Shown here piece by piece: positions 6,431 to 16,260 of a DNA stretch of 61,401 nucleotides. The notes beneath the pieces are model-generated. The model worked only from the letters and a program-made list of their open reading frames with translations. It was not told where the DNA came from and searched no databases. The position numbers and the translations under genes were made by a program. Positions within the stretch are counted from its first letter, which is position 1, and the number at the start of each line of letters is the position of its first letter. Source of the DNA: an uncultured Rhodospirillales bacterium (GTDB lineage Bacteria > Pseudomonadota > Alphaproteobacteria > Rhodospirillales > JAPHRK01); contig CBDUMN010000006.1 in the NCBI GenBank assembly GCA_965368335.1, positions 1-61,401 of the forward strand, written 5' to 3'.

Positions 6431-9400
6431 TCCGTTTCTTCGCAGCTCATCCGACGGCGGCCAATCTATTTATGGGCGCTTTTTTTGTGCTGGGCCTTGT
6501 CTCTCTACCCGAACTGCGTCGAGAGACCTTTCCGCGAATCGAGCCGCGTAATGTCCAGATCACGGCGCCGTTCCCCGGCGCTAGCGCAGAAGAAGTGGAA
6601 GAGGCCATCTGTCAAAGGATCGAAGACGCTATCGACAATGTCGATAATGTCGCCGAGGTGACCTGTGAGTCCCTTGAAGGCATGGCCAGCGCCGTCGCCG
6701 AAATGATGGAAGGTCGCGATTTCGATCTGTTTTTTACCGATGTCAAAAGCGAAGTCGAGGCGATCAGCACTTTCCCTGACAAGGTTGAAAAGCCGGTGAT
6801 TAAGCAGTTGGGACGCACCGACTTTGTCGCTTCGGTTGCTATTACCGGGCCAACGCGTGTGGTCGAACTCAAGGCCTACGCCGAAGATGTGAAAGACCGG
6901 ATGCTGCAATGGAAGGGTATTTCGCAGGTTGCCGTCAAAGGATTCTCTCAGCATCAGGTGCGAATAGAAATCAGTGATGCGACACTGCGTCAGTTCGGCC
7001 TGAGTGTTGAAGATATCGCCGATGCCGTAGCCCGTCAGAGCGTTGACTTGCCATCGGGCAGCATCGAGGCGAAGGAGCAGGAGGTTCTTGTCCGGTTCGC
7101 CGATGAGCGCAAGAGTGTCGGGCAGTTTGCCAGCCTTGTCGTCGTTTCTGGGGCGGAGGGCGGAGAAGTTCTACTCGGCGATATCGCGACCATTACAGAC
7201 CGCTTCGACCTCGATGAGGACAAGTTCCTCTACAATGGAAAGCGTGCGGCGCTCTTGGAGGTAACAAAGACGGAAACCGAAGATACCTTAAACGCCATCG
7301 ATGCCCTGAAAGCCTTCGTCGCCAACGAAAACGCCATTGCGCCGCCGGGGGTGACGTTGAATGTAACGAATGACGGATCGTCGATCGTTCGCGACCGCCT
7401 TAGTCTTCTCTCGAAAAACGGCGTTATGGGGCTGGCGTTGGTTTTTGCCGCCATGTGGCTGTTTTTCGGGTTTCGGTTTTCCTTCTGGGTGGCTATGGGC
7501 CTGCCGGTATCGTTCTTCGGCGCTTTCGCGTTGATCTTGTTTTTCGACTTTTCGATCAACATGTTGACCATGGTTGGGCTGCTGATCGCTATCGGTATTT
7601 TGATGGACGACGCCATTGTCATTTCTGAAAACGTGGCGACCCATCGGCAGAAAGGAAAGTCACCGCTCGATGCGGCTGTTGATGGCGCGCGTCAGGTCAT
7701 GCCGAGTGTTCTTGCTTCTTTTATAACGACGGCTTGTGTGTTCGGTTCGCTAATCTTTTTAAAAGGCGATATGGGGGCGATTTTGCGCATGGTTCCCATT
7801 GTGATGCTTTTCGTCTTGAGCGTCAGTCTGATCGAGGCCTTTTTCATTCTGCCCGCCCACCTGCATCATTCGATGGAGCATCTGCATGGAAATGAATTAA
7901 CTGGGCTACGTGGCAAGGTTGACCGATGGCTGGAAAATTTCCGTGAATACCGGGTTGGGCGGTTGGCCGATTTGGCGGTTAAGTGGCGCTACCTCACGGC
8001 GGGCATCGCTGTTGGCGCTTTAATTATTTCAATCGCCATGCCGGTCAGCGGAATTTTGAAATTCTCCGCTTTTCCCGAGTTGGAAGGCGATGTGGTGGAA
8101 GCGCGAATTCTATTGCCTCAGGGAACGCCTTTGCAACGGACGGAGCAGGTGGTCGATCATGTGGTTGAGGCTATCCGGTCGGTGGATGAAGAGCTCTCGC
8201 CAAGCCAGCCTGATGCCCAAGGGTTGGTCAAAGCCGTCAGCCTTCAGTTCAACAAAAATAAAGATGCTTTTGAGAGCGGCCCGCATATTGCGACCGTTAC
8301 CGTCGATCTTTTGGGGGCTGAAACCAGGACCTCAAATATCGATCAAGTCATGGCGGCTTGGAAGGCTGCCATTGGTTCGGTTCCTGACGTTCTCGCCATC
8401 AAGCTCGATGAGCCGGTGATCGGTCCGGCCGGCCTGGCGATTGATATTCGGCTGTTGGGTGATGATCTTGACCAATTGAAACAGGCGTCATTGGCGTTGC
8501 AGGATTGGATTGGACGCTACAAGGGAGTGACTTCCCTGCTTGACGATCTCAGGCCCGGTAAGCCGGAAATGCGAGTTCGTTTGAAAGAGGGGGCTTCAAC
8601 CTTGGGAATCGATGCGCGAATGATCGCCAACCAATTGCGGGCGGCCTTTTTTGGCAGTACGGCGTCTGAAATCCAGGTGGGGCCCGAGTCATACGATATT
8701 GACGTTCGCCTGAGGCCGGAGGACCGGGATAGCCTCGCCGATTTGGATTATTTCGTCGTCACCTCGAAGGAGGGAAGCCAAATTCCTCTGAGTGTCGCGG
8801 CCGAAATCGAAGAAGGGCGGGGCTGGGCGCGAATCAACAGGGTCGATGGGCGCCGTGCCGTGACCCTGCAAGGGGATATTGATGCGTCAGTCGCTAATGC
8901 CAACGAGATTATCAAGGATACCCAAAAACGCTTTTTGCCGGAACTCCTGAAGCGCTATCCGGGGGTTGAGGTCTCTCTCGAAGGACAAGATAAAAACACC
9001 GGGACCACACAAAAGTCCATGATACGAGGATTTCTTGTCGGTTTGGTTGGCGTGTTCGTTCTTTTGAGCTTCCAGTTCAAGAGTTATCTGGAGCCGATCA
9101 TCGTCATGTTGGCTATACCGTTATCCCTTATCGGGGTTATTTGGGGCCATCTCATCATGGGCCTGGAGTTGACCATGCCCAGTATGCTGGGGTTTGTTGC
9201 GTTAGCTGGGGTAGTGGTTAACAATTCCATCTTACTGGTGGTGTTTACCAAGGTGCGACATGCTGAAGGAATGGACTTGGAGAAAGCCGCAACAACCGCC
9301 AGCCGTGGGCGTTTTCGGGCTATTTTCCTTACGTCAATCACTACGGTTGTGGGGCTGTTGCCAATGTTGGCGGAAACCAGTCTGCAGGCGCAGATTCTTA

Positions 9401-9555
9401 TCCCCCTGGTGACGAGCCTAGCCTTTGGCATGATCGCTTCCACCGCAATGGTGCTGTTTGTTATTCCATCGGTTTATATGATCCTTGACGATTTGGGCCT
9501 GACGACCATTGCCAGGGATCGAAAAGCTTCTGCGGGTGAAGTGCTGGAGACTTGA
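6427..9555 (+). CDS. RND efflux permease (AcrB/AcrD/AcrF family)
   Basis: 1042 aa; GILMDDAIVISEN, GVVVNNSILL, RFRAIFLTSITT; ATGA overlap with the adaptor gene. Confidence 0.95.
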   Translation: MIRFFAAHPTAANLFMGAFFVLGLVSLPELRRETFPRIEPRNVQITAPFPGASAEEVEEAICQRIEDAIDNVDNVAEVTCESLEGMASAVAEMMEGRDFDLFFTDVKSEVEAISTFPDKVEKPVIKQLGRTDFVASVAITGPTRVVELKAYAEDVKDRMLQWKGISQVAVKGFSQHQVRIEISDATLRQFGLSVEDIADAVARQSVDLPSGSIEAKEQEVLVRFADERKSVGQFASLVVVSGAEGGEVLLGDIATITDRFDLDEDKFLYNGKRAALLEVTKTETEDTLNAIDALKAFVANENAIAPPGVTLNVTNDGSSIVRDRLSLLSKNGVMGLALVFAAMWLFFGFRFSFWVAMGLPVSFFGAFALILFFDFSINMLTMVGLLIAIGILMDDAIVISENVATHRQKGKSPLDAAVDGARQVMPSVLASFITTACVFGSLIFLKGDMGAILRMVPIVMLFVLSVSLIEAFFILPAHLHHSMEHLHGNELTGLRGKVDRWLENFREYRVGRLADLAVKWRYLTAGIAVGALIISIAMPVSGILKFSAFPELEGDVVEARILLPQGTPLQRTEQVVDHVVEAIRSVDEELSPSQPDAQGLVKAVSLQFNKNKDAFESGPHIATVTVDLLGAETRTSNIDQVMAAWKAAIGSVPDVLAIKLDEPVIGPAGLAIDIRLLGDDLDQLKQASLALQDWIGRYKGVTSLLDDLRPGKPEMRVRLKEGASTLGIDARMIANQLRAAFFGSTASEIQVGPESYDIDVRLRPEDRDSLADLDYFVVTSKEGSQIPLSVAAEIEEGRGWARINRVDGRRAVTLQGDIDASVANANEIIKDTQKRFLPELLKRYPGVEVSLEGQDKNTGTTQKSMIRGFLVGLVGVFVLLSFQFKSYLEPIIVMLAIPLSLIGVIWGHLIMGLELTMPSMLGFVALAGVVVNNSILLVVFTKVRHAEGMDLEKAATTASRGRFRAIFLTSITTVVGLLPMLAETSLQAQILIPLVTSLAFGMIASTAMVLFVIPSVYMILDDLGLTTIARDRKASAGEVLET

Positions 9556-9762
9556 AGGTCTGATTTGATAAAATTTTAGCTAAATTGAATTAAAGCATTG
9601 AAAAATAATGCTTTTCCGCGCAACATTAAAAGTGTTATAGTTTTTGTGACTTCACGATAATGGCAAACCGTTGGAAACGGCGGGACGCAAAGTTACCGGC
9701 CTAATCCCCTACAATAAACAGCCATGGGGGCAGGGTGGCGGAACTACCGAACGGAGAACCGC

Positions 9763-10218
9763 ATGTCGAAGCTTTCCATGAGCAATCGCCTCGCCCCCAG
9801 CGCAGGATATCTTGTTTTGCTGCTGACGCTTTCGGTTGTCGCCATTGTGGTGTTGTTCTCGCAGCATACTGCATCGGCTGGTGAACGGCCTTTTAAGCCC
9901 GTCGATTTGACCTGTGAGCAATATGCCGATTATCGCCTCAAATCGCCGACGGCTTACAGCAACTCTTTGAGCTACGTGCTTGGTTATCTGAAAGCGGCCC
10001 AGGACATGAAAATGATCCGGCGCATCAGCCTGCGGAATACCGAAGGGTTCCTGTTTGAATATTGCTATAGCAATCCCAATCAAACGCTACAGTCGGCAAT
10101 CGATAGTCTGCTCAAACCTGAAATGCGGGCTGCCTATCATAAAGGACACTCCATGAAACTGGCGGTGCGCGATAAAAAAGGTGCGATGGCGGTTCGTAAT
10201 CCCCTGGAAAACAGGTAG
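9763..10218 (+). CDS. Exported HdeA/HdeB-like protein
   Basis: Signal/TM segment followed by DLTCEQY...YVLGY...EYCYSNPNQTL, a two-Cys pattern resembling HdeB (TCQEF...EYCKKNP). Confidence 0.55.
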   Translation: MSKLSMSNRLAPSAGYLVLLLTLSVVAIVVLFSQHTASAGERPFKPVDLTCEQYADYRLKSPTAYSNSLSYVLGYLKAAQDMKMIRRISLRNTEGFLFEYCYSNPNQTLQSAIDSLLKPEMRAAYHKGHSMKLAVRDKKGAMAVRNPLENR

Positions 10219-10309
10219 CGGCGGATAAAACGCCTCTTTCTTTATCGGTCGCCTCCTAACATGATAAGTTGGGAGGCGATAAACGATTCTGGAAAAGGGG
10301 GATTCCTAA

Positions 10310-10522
10310 GTGAGCGATAATTTCTGTGAAAGCTGCATTTCTTGGCAGTTTGAGACAAATCCGCAGTTTCAATCGGAAGACGAGCGCGATGGTTTCGGCG
10401 TTTGCGACCGTATCGTTCAGATGATGGATAACCCCATTCGCGCCATTGCCAGGGTCGACGACGAGCTTGCCAAGTTTCAGTGCCGTCGGGAATATGGCTG
10501 CGTCTTGTTTGAGGCGAAGTAA
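10310..10522 (+). CDS. Small Cys-rich hypothetical protein
   Basis: 70 aa, CESC..W...GVC...C...YGC..F; GGGGGA SD before a GTG start. Confidence 0.65.
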   Translation: MSDNFCESCISWQFETNPQFQSEDERDGFGVCDRIVQMMDNPIRAIARVDDELAKFQCRREYGCVLFEAK

Positions 10523-10526
10523 GCGG

Positions 10527-11171
10527 TTATTTCACCTTACCCATATCGTCGGCTTCGCCTTTATGGGCTTTGATGGCCAAATAGTTGAGGGCGTTGGAGA
10601 CGCGGGTTGCCCGCATGGCGTCCATGAAGGGAATCGCCGCGCTTGAAACCTTCTCTGTCTTTTTGTCTTTGTCGTTCTCAAAGCGCTTTTCGGCAGTGTT
10701 CTTGGCTTCCATATGGGCAAAAAATTGTGTTGATGCGTCGGTGATGTATTCTTCCCAGGTTTCCTGGGTAATGCAATTGCCCGCCATGCATTTCACGGTA
10801 ACCTGCCCGCCGAAATCGGTGTGTTGCATTTCGTTTTTCGGGTCGATTTCCATGATTGGAAACGTGGTGCGCCGGAAACTGTAACGGGCCTTATAGACGG
10901 TATCTTCACCCCGTTTAACGCCTTTCAGATCGATCCGTTCATTGAGGATCAGGGCGTTTTTCGAGATTTCCATTTTGATAACGTTGGTCGCGTTGGTTTG
11001 ATAGCCATCAGCATCCTTGACCATCCAGTGATTATAGCCGCCATGCTGGGGAACCTGTTCCAGGATGAATTTTATCGCCATGCGCGGCGTTGGAGCGTTG
11101 GGGTTGGGCTCGGCCGCCTGGGCCATGTTGGCGGTCAGGAGGAGTGCGGCGGTAACGGCGAAAAGACGCAT
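10527..11171 (-). CDS. Hypothetical exported protein
   Basis: 214 aa with a signal peptide ending AQA; no recognisable family. Confidence 0.75.
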   Translation of the reverse strand: MRLFAVTAALLLTANMAQAAEPNPNAPTPRMAIKFILEQVPQHGGYNHWMVKDADGYQTNATNVIKMEISKNALILNERIDLKGVKRGEDTVYKARYSFRRTTFPIMEIDPKNEMQHTDFGGQVTVKCMAGNCITQETWEEYITDASTQFFAHMEAKNTAEKRFENDKDKKTEKVSSAAIPFMDAMRATRVSNALNYLAIKAHKGEADDMGKVK

Positions 11172-11250
11172 GGGATGAAAGTTCCTTTAAAGATCGGTCA
11201 GCGGTGCGGAAACTAACACCAATTAGCTTTGCATAAAACATTCCTTCACC

Positions 11251-11290
11251 CTTAGGGTCCAGACTTATTCAAATGAGTCTGGACCCTAAG
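11251..11290. repeat. 40-bp palindrome (REP/MITE-like)
   Basis: CTTAGGGTCCAGACT / AGTCTGGACCCTAAG perfect 15-bp arms, located between divergent genes. Confidence 0.8.
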
Positions 11291-11336
11291 CCGGCATAAA
11301 GGCGGAAGTGGGGCAATTTGAACCGGGGGCTTCCTT

Positions 11337-12647
11337 TTGAACGGCATTTTCTTCGCCATCGTCCTGATTGCTTTTCTCGTTGCGGGCTATCGCCAGATTA
11401 ATTGGATGCCGTCTGCCGATGGGAGTGTCGCTTCGCCCATGGAGGCCCTGGCTGAGGGGATGATCAAGGCGGCTGAAGGATCGGTGGAGCTGGCGATCGG
11501 TCTGGTTGGCGTTATGGCGCTGTTTCTCGGGCTGATGAAAGTGGCCGAAGCAGGCGGCCTTCTGGTGATTATCGCCAGGACGGTGCGCCCCTTGATGGTG
11601 CGGCTGTTTCCCGAGGTGCCTGCCGATCATCCGGCAATGGGGGCGATAATTCTCAATATGTCGGCCAATGCCCTGGGACTCGGCAATGCGGCCACGCCGT
11701 TTGGCATTAGGGCCATGCAGGAACTGGACGGTCTCAATCGACATAAAGGAACGGCGACCAATGCCATGGCGCTTTTCCTGGCGATCAACACTTCTAGCGT
11801 AACCCTGTTGCCGACCGGCGTCATTGCGCTTCGGGCTGCCGCCGGTTCGACGGACCCAGCAGGTATTTTGCCCACCACTTTATTCGCCACCATTTGTTCC
11901 ACCGCCATTGCTATTTTCATGGCTAAAACCTGCCAGCGCTGGTTCCCCATGCCGGTGGGTGGGTCCGAAGTGGTGCCTGAAAGCGGTAAGGTCGAAGTGG
12001 ATGAACTTTCAGAAGAAAATAAGGAGCTGGAAAGTCACGCAGGCGAAGCCTATCCGGCTTGGGTTTCCTATTCGGTTTTGCTTGGTATTGCGGCGCTAAT
12101 TCCTTTGACCGTTTTTTACGGACGGGCTATCGCCCCTTGGATCATTCCGGGGCTGATGGTTGTGTTGTTGGGCTTTGGCGTATTGCGCAAGGTGCGTGTT
12201 TACGAAGCCTTTGTCGAAGGGGCCAAGGACGGGTTCAATGTTGCGCTGAGGATCATTCCTTATCTGGTGGCGATCCTTGTCGCCGTCGGTATGTTCCGGG
12301 CCAGTGGAGCCATGGATCTGGTGATCCAGCCGCTTTCCAAAATTACCGGCTTGGTCAACTTGCCTGCCGAGGCTCTGCCCATGGCGCTGCTCAGGCCGTT
12401 ATCCGGCTCTGGGGCTTACGGAATTTTGGCCTCGATCATTAATGATCCAAGCATCGGTCCCGACAGCTATACCGGCTATTTGGTCAGCACGATTCAGGGG
12501 TCGACGGAAACGACTTTCTATGTGCTGGCTGTATACTTCGGCGCGGTCAATATCCGTCGCATCAGGCATGCCCTGGTTGCGGCCCTAACGGCCGACGTCA
12601 TGGGGATTGCTGCGGCTGTGGCAATCTGCAGCTATCTCTACGGGTAA
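11337..12647 (+). CDS. SpmA/SpmB fusion (nucleoside-recognition Gate domain) membrane protein
   Basis: ANALGLGNAATPFG, LRPLSGSG, GSTETTFYVLAVYFG. Confidence 0.92.
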   Translation: MNGIFFAIVLIAFLVAGYRQINWMPSADGSVASPMEALAEGMIKAAEGSVELAIGLVGVMALFLGLMKVAEAGGLLVIIARTVRPLMVRLFPEVPADHPAMGAIILNMSANALGLGNAATPFGIRAMQELDGLNRHKGTATNAMALFLAINTSSVTLLPTGVIALRAAAGSTDPAGILPTTLFATICSTAIAIFMAKTCQRWFPMPVGGSEVVPESGKVEVDELSEENKELESHAGEAYPAWVSYSVLLGIAALIPLTVFYGRAIAPWIIPGLMVVLLGFGVLRKVRVYEAFVEGAKDGFNVALRIIPYLVAILVAVGMFRASGAMDLVIQPLSKITGLVNLPAEALPMALLRPLSGSGAYGILASIINDPSIGPDSYTGYLVSTIQGSTETTFYVLAVYFGAVNIRRIRHALVAALTADVMGIAAAVAICSYLYG

Positions 12648-12651
12648 AGCC

Positions 12652-14340
12652 TCATTGTTGAGGCTCGCCTTCTGCTTCCGCCCATACGGCGGCATAGTTA
12701 TCGTCACGCATGCTGTCGATAGCCTGACGGATTTCCTGCTCGTCGTATCCTATGGTCTGAATGGCTGAGGCCCCGAGGCGGATACTCGTCTCCACGACTT
12801 CCGGAACGACTTGAGCTGCCCCCATTGCTTCGAGCTTTGCTCCGGTCTTTAAGTCGTGTGACCGTACAACGATGGGCATGTTCGGATGCAGGTGCTTAAT
12901 AGCCCGGATGCTTTTTTCCGTTGCCCGAATGCCATCGACCGTCAGGATAATTAGCTTGGTTTGGATGGAAGAGAGAGCGTGCAGGACTTTTTCCTGGCTG
13001 ATATCGCCATAATAAATTTTGTGACCCTTTGCTCGCCCGTTCGTAATTTTGTCGACATTCAAATCAACGGCCACCCATTTTTGCCCGAGAAGATCGAGCA
13101 TTTTGCCGACGGTCTGACCGACTCGGCCGTAGCCAGCAATAAGGACGACATCCTCTTTGATTTCGCCGATTTCGGTTTGCGCCATGTTCTGCTTGTCGGA
13201 AAACCGCTTGGCGATGGTTTCGCCCAGGAAAATCATTCCCGGCGTCACGGCCATGCTCAGAACGATGATACTGATCAGCGGCTCGGAGAAGCCGTTGGGC
13301 AAAATTTCATGTTGGTCGGCTAGGGAAAATAACACAAAACCGAATTCACCGGCCTGGCTTAGCAAAAAAGCGGAACGGAGGGCTTCTGCCGTATTGAGTT
13401 TTCCTATTTTGGTGATAGCGAAAATCAGTAGGGTTTTGAATAGGAGAAGAGCGACCGTTCCGGCGAGGACCAGAGAGACGTTTTTGAAAACGACGGAAAG
13501 ATCGACCGACATTCCGACACTCATAAAAAACAGCCCCAATAACAGTCCTCGGAAGGGCTCAATGTCTGCTTCGATTTGGTGGCGGAATTCACTTTCGGAC
13601 AAAAGAATACCGGCGACGAAAGCGCCCATGGCCATTGATAGCCCGGCAAGCTCCATTACCCAGGCGAAGCCTAGCACCAGCAGTAAGGCCATCGCGGTGA
13701 AAACCTCCGAGCTTTTACTGCTGGCGATTAGGCGCAATGCAGGGGTAATTGCATAGTGCCCTGCGAGCAGGACACCGACAAAAATACCCGCAGCCTCAAG
13801 AGCGGCCAGGCCCATGCTGGCCGTTAGGTTGATGCTCCCTGCAGCAAGCAGGGGAACGAGAACGAGCAGCGGGACAACCGCCAAGTCCTGAAGCAGGAGG
13901 ATAGCGAAGCTATTGCGCCCCCAGTTGGTATTCAGCTGGTTTTTCTCGGCCATGGCCTGAACGGCAAAGGCGGTCGAGGAAAGCGCCAAGCCAAAGCCAA
14001 CGATAATCGCTGTCGATGAGGGCTGCTCAAAGATATAAAACGCCACCAGGGTTATGAGAATTCCCGTGATAAGAACCTGCGCCCCGCCGAGGCCGAATAC
14101 CGCCCGTCGCATCAGCCATAGACGTTGCGGTTTAATTTCAATGCCGATCATGAACAGCAGAAAAACCACGCCGAACTCGCCTACATGACGAATGTTTTCC
14201 GGGTCGATCACCAGTTCTAAGACGCTGGGGCCAATGATGACCCCGGCAACAAGATATCCGAGCACGGCCCCAAAGCCGATACGGCTGAACAACAAAACGG
14301 AAATAACGGCGGCAATGAGGATTGAGAGAATTTCGATCAT
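12652..14340 (-). CDS. Kef-type K+/H+ antiporter (CPA2 + TrkA-N)
   Basis: GEFGVVFLLF, LLLQDLAV, SQAGEFGFV, IAGYGRVGQ. Confidence 0.93.
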   Translation of the reverse strand: MIEILSILIAAVISVLLFSRIGFGAVLGYLVAGVIIGPSVLELVIDPENIRHVGEFGVVFLLFMIGIEIKPQRLWLMRRAVFGLGGAQVLITGILITLVAFYIFEQPSSTAIIVGFGLALSSTAFAVQAMAEKNQLNTNWGRNSFAILLLQDLAVVPLLVLVPLLAAGSINLTASMGLAALEAAGIFVGVLLAGHYAITPALRLIASSKSSEVFTAMALLLVLGFAWVMELAGLSMAMGAFVAGILLSESEFRHQIEADIEPFRGLLLGLFFMSVGMSVDLSVVFKNVSLVLAGTVALLLFKTLLIFAITKIGKLNTAEALRSAFLLSQAGEFGFVLFSLADQHEILPNGFSEPLISIIVLSMAVTPGMIFLGETIAKRFSDKQNMAQTEIGEIKEDVVLIAGYGRVGQTVGKMLDLLGQKWVAVDLNVDKITNGRAKGHKIYYGDISQEKVLHALSSIQTKLIILTVDGIRATEKSIRAIKHLHPNMPIVVRSHDLKTGAKLEAMGAAQVVPEVVETSIRLGASAIQTIGYDEQEIRQAIDSMRDDNYAAVWAEAEGEPQQ

Positions 14341-15254
14341 GCCGTTCTTTCTAACCCATGTTCCGGGAAATATTGATCCAATAACTCGCGCATGGTGCGG
14401 CCAGGGCGTTCCATGTGCGGGTATTTTTTGAATTGTTGGACAACCAAGTCAAGGCGCTCTTTAAAAGATGGAGGGGCGGTAAGGTCGAGAAGTCTCTCTG
14501 CCATGGGCTCGAAGGCGCGGTTTTGAAATTCGAATGACAGGCTGATGCGGGGTTGTTGGGCCAGATGCGAACTACGGCCACTCCAGTGATAGAGGTCTTG
14601 GGGCCAGCCGAGCACAGAGCCCCGGGGGGCGGGGAGGGCGCGGACGTCTTGAAGTCTAATCTGGGTTGGATCCGTTATTGCTGGAAAATATTCGGCTTCG
14701 AAAGGGCGTGGTAAAACGTACATGCAGCCGTTTTCAGGGGTCGCATCGGTTAGAGGCACCCAAAGGGAGAGGCTCATTAACATGTCGAAGCCATTTTCTG
14801 CGAAGCGGGTCTGCCCCTGACAATCGGTATGTGGCGGCCAGCCGAATCGGTCGGGGCGTTCCGCCACATACCATGCCCAGAGATGGGGGAGGAGCCCAAA
14901 ATCTTCTCCGAGAAAGTGAGCGATCAATCTAGAGAGATCTTGAAATAGGCGCCAGGGTTCATCGTAAACGTAGATGAACGCCGGATGGATGCCATCGACG
15001 ATGAGGGCCTCGATGCCCTTGCGGATGGGGGCGAGGCGTTGTTCGGTAAAAACCGGCTCGAGATGCAGATAGCCTTCCCGCCAGAAGATGTCGGAAATTT
15101 TAGAGAGCGTTATCGTATCGAACGGAATGGGAGCTGACGGGCGGTCCTGTCGTTCAATTGATAAAAAAGGGGCCGTGCGTTCCCAAAAGAGTTTAGTGCG
15201 TAGATCGGTCATGGTTTCGGCTTGTTTTCCGATTTGAGTCCCAGAGGTCATCAT
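14337..15254 (-). CDS. Phytanoyl-CoA dioxygenase (PhyH) family Fe/2OG enzyme
   Basis: WPPHTD, LSLWVPLTDATPENGCMYVLP, distal His (LYHWS); overlaps the kef start (ATGA). Confidence 0.8.
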   Translation of the reverse strand: MMTSGTQIGKQAETMTDLRTKLFWERTAPFLSIERQDRPSAPIPFDTITLSKISDIFWREGYLHLEPVFTEQRLAPIRKGIEALIVDGIHPAFIYVYDEPWRLFQDLSRLIAHFLGEDFGLLPHLWAWYVAERPDRFGWPPHTDCQGQTRFAENGFDMLMSLSLWVPLTDATPENGCMYVLPRPFEAEYFPAITDPTQIRLQDVRALPAPRGSVLGWPQDLYHWSGRSSHLAQQPRISLSFEFQNRAFEPMAERLLDLTAPPSFKERLDLVVQQFKKYPHMERPGRTMRELLDQYFPEHGLERTA

Positions 15255-15296
15255 AATCCCTTGCCGAAGAAGAGGAAATCTCCCATAACGACAAAC

Positions 15297-15881
15297 ATGT
15301 CGGAAAACACTCGCACATCGCCCGTTTGGCTCAAGCCGTTAACCGAATATGGGCCCTTGGTCGCCTTTTTTGCCGCCTATTGGTATGGAGGGTTGATAAC
15401 CGCGACTGCGGTGATTATGGGGACAACTGCGATTTCTTTGGCGTTGTCTTTGTTTTTTGAGCGCCGAGTGCCTTTGATGCCGTTGATTACGGCGGCTGTT
15501 GTCGGGATTTTCGGTGGGCTCACCATTTATCTGGAAGACGAGACCTTCATCAAGATGAAGCCGACCATCGTTCAGGTGGCTTTTGGCGCGATCTTACTGA
15601 CCGGACTCGCTTTCGGCCGCTCGTTCTTAAAAAATCTTATGGGGTCTGCCTGGGCTATGGATGATGAAGGCTGGAGAAAGCTGACGTTTCGCTTCGGCCT
15701 CTTTTTCCTTGTCATGGCGGCACTCAATGAGGCGGTCTGGCGCACACAGAGCACCGATTTTTGGGTGAATTTCAAGGTCTTTGGAATCATTGGGCTGACT
15801 TTGGTTTTCGCTATGAGTCAGGCTCCGTTGATTTCCAGGCACCAACTGGAGGACGGCGAGGAGGGCGGTGATGGAGCTTAA
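15297..15881 (+). CDS. yciB: Inner membrane-spanning protein YciB / septation protein A
   Basis: EYGPL, FGGLT...DETFIKMKPT, WVNFKVFG. Confidence 0.93.
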   Translation: MSENTRTSPVWLKPLTEYGPLVAFFAAYWYGGLITATAVIMGTTAISLALSLFFERRVPLMPLITAAVVGIFGGLTIYLEDETFIKMKPTIVQVAFGAILLTGLAFGRSFLKNLMGSAWAMDDEGWRKLTFRFGLFFLVMAALNEAVWRTQSTDFWVNFKVFGIIGLTLVFAMSQAPLISRHQLEDGEEGGDGA

Positions 15882-16248
15882 GTTCACCGTCTGGCAGTTT
15901 GTCCGCATTATGGTGTCGCTTGAAGAAGCTGGCCGTGACAAAAAAGCAAAGTCAGCCTATGAGGCCTGGAGCGAAACCTGGAAAGACATTGATGAACAGC
16001 TAACCCGACTGGCCGAAGAAGATCACGATGCTTATTCGGAAATGATGATGGACCGAGAGGTTGTCTTTGAGAATGTCGCAAAAGAGCAGGCGACAGAGGT
16101 CTTAAGGGCGCTTGAAGCCGTTACTCTTTCAATGAAGTCGGAAATAGACAAAGGTGAGGCTGATCCGGACTATCTGGAAAGCATTCGCCTGGAACGTCGT
16201 GAGCTGCGCGGCAAATCCAGTAAGCTCAAAAAAGCACTGGCCAAATAA
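15871..16248 (+). CDS. Hypothetical protein (charged, predicted helical)
   Basis: 125 aa; GAGGAGG SD inside the 3' end of yciB. Confidence 0.75.
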   Translation: MELKFTVWQFVRIMVSLEEAGRDKKAKSAYEAWSETWKDIDEQLTRLAEEDHDAYSEMMMDREVVFENVAKEQATEVLRALEAVTLSMKSEIDKGEADPDYLESIRLERRELRGKSSKLKKALAK

Positions 16249-16260
16249 AAGATTCGAAGT

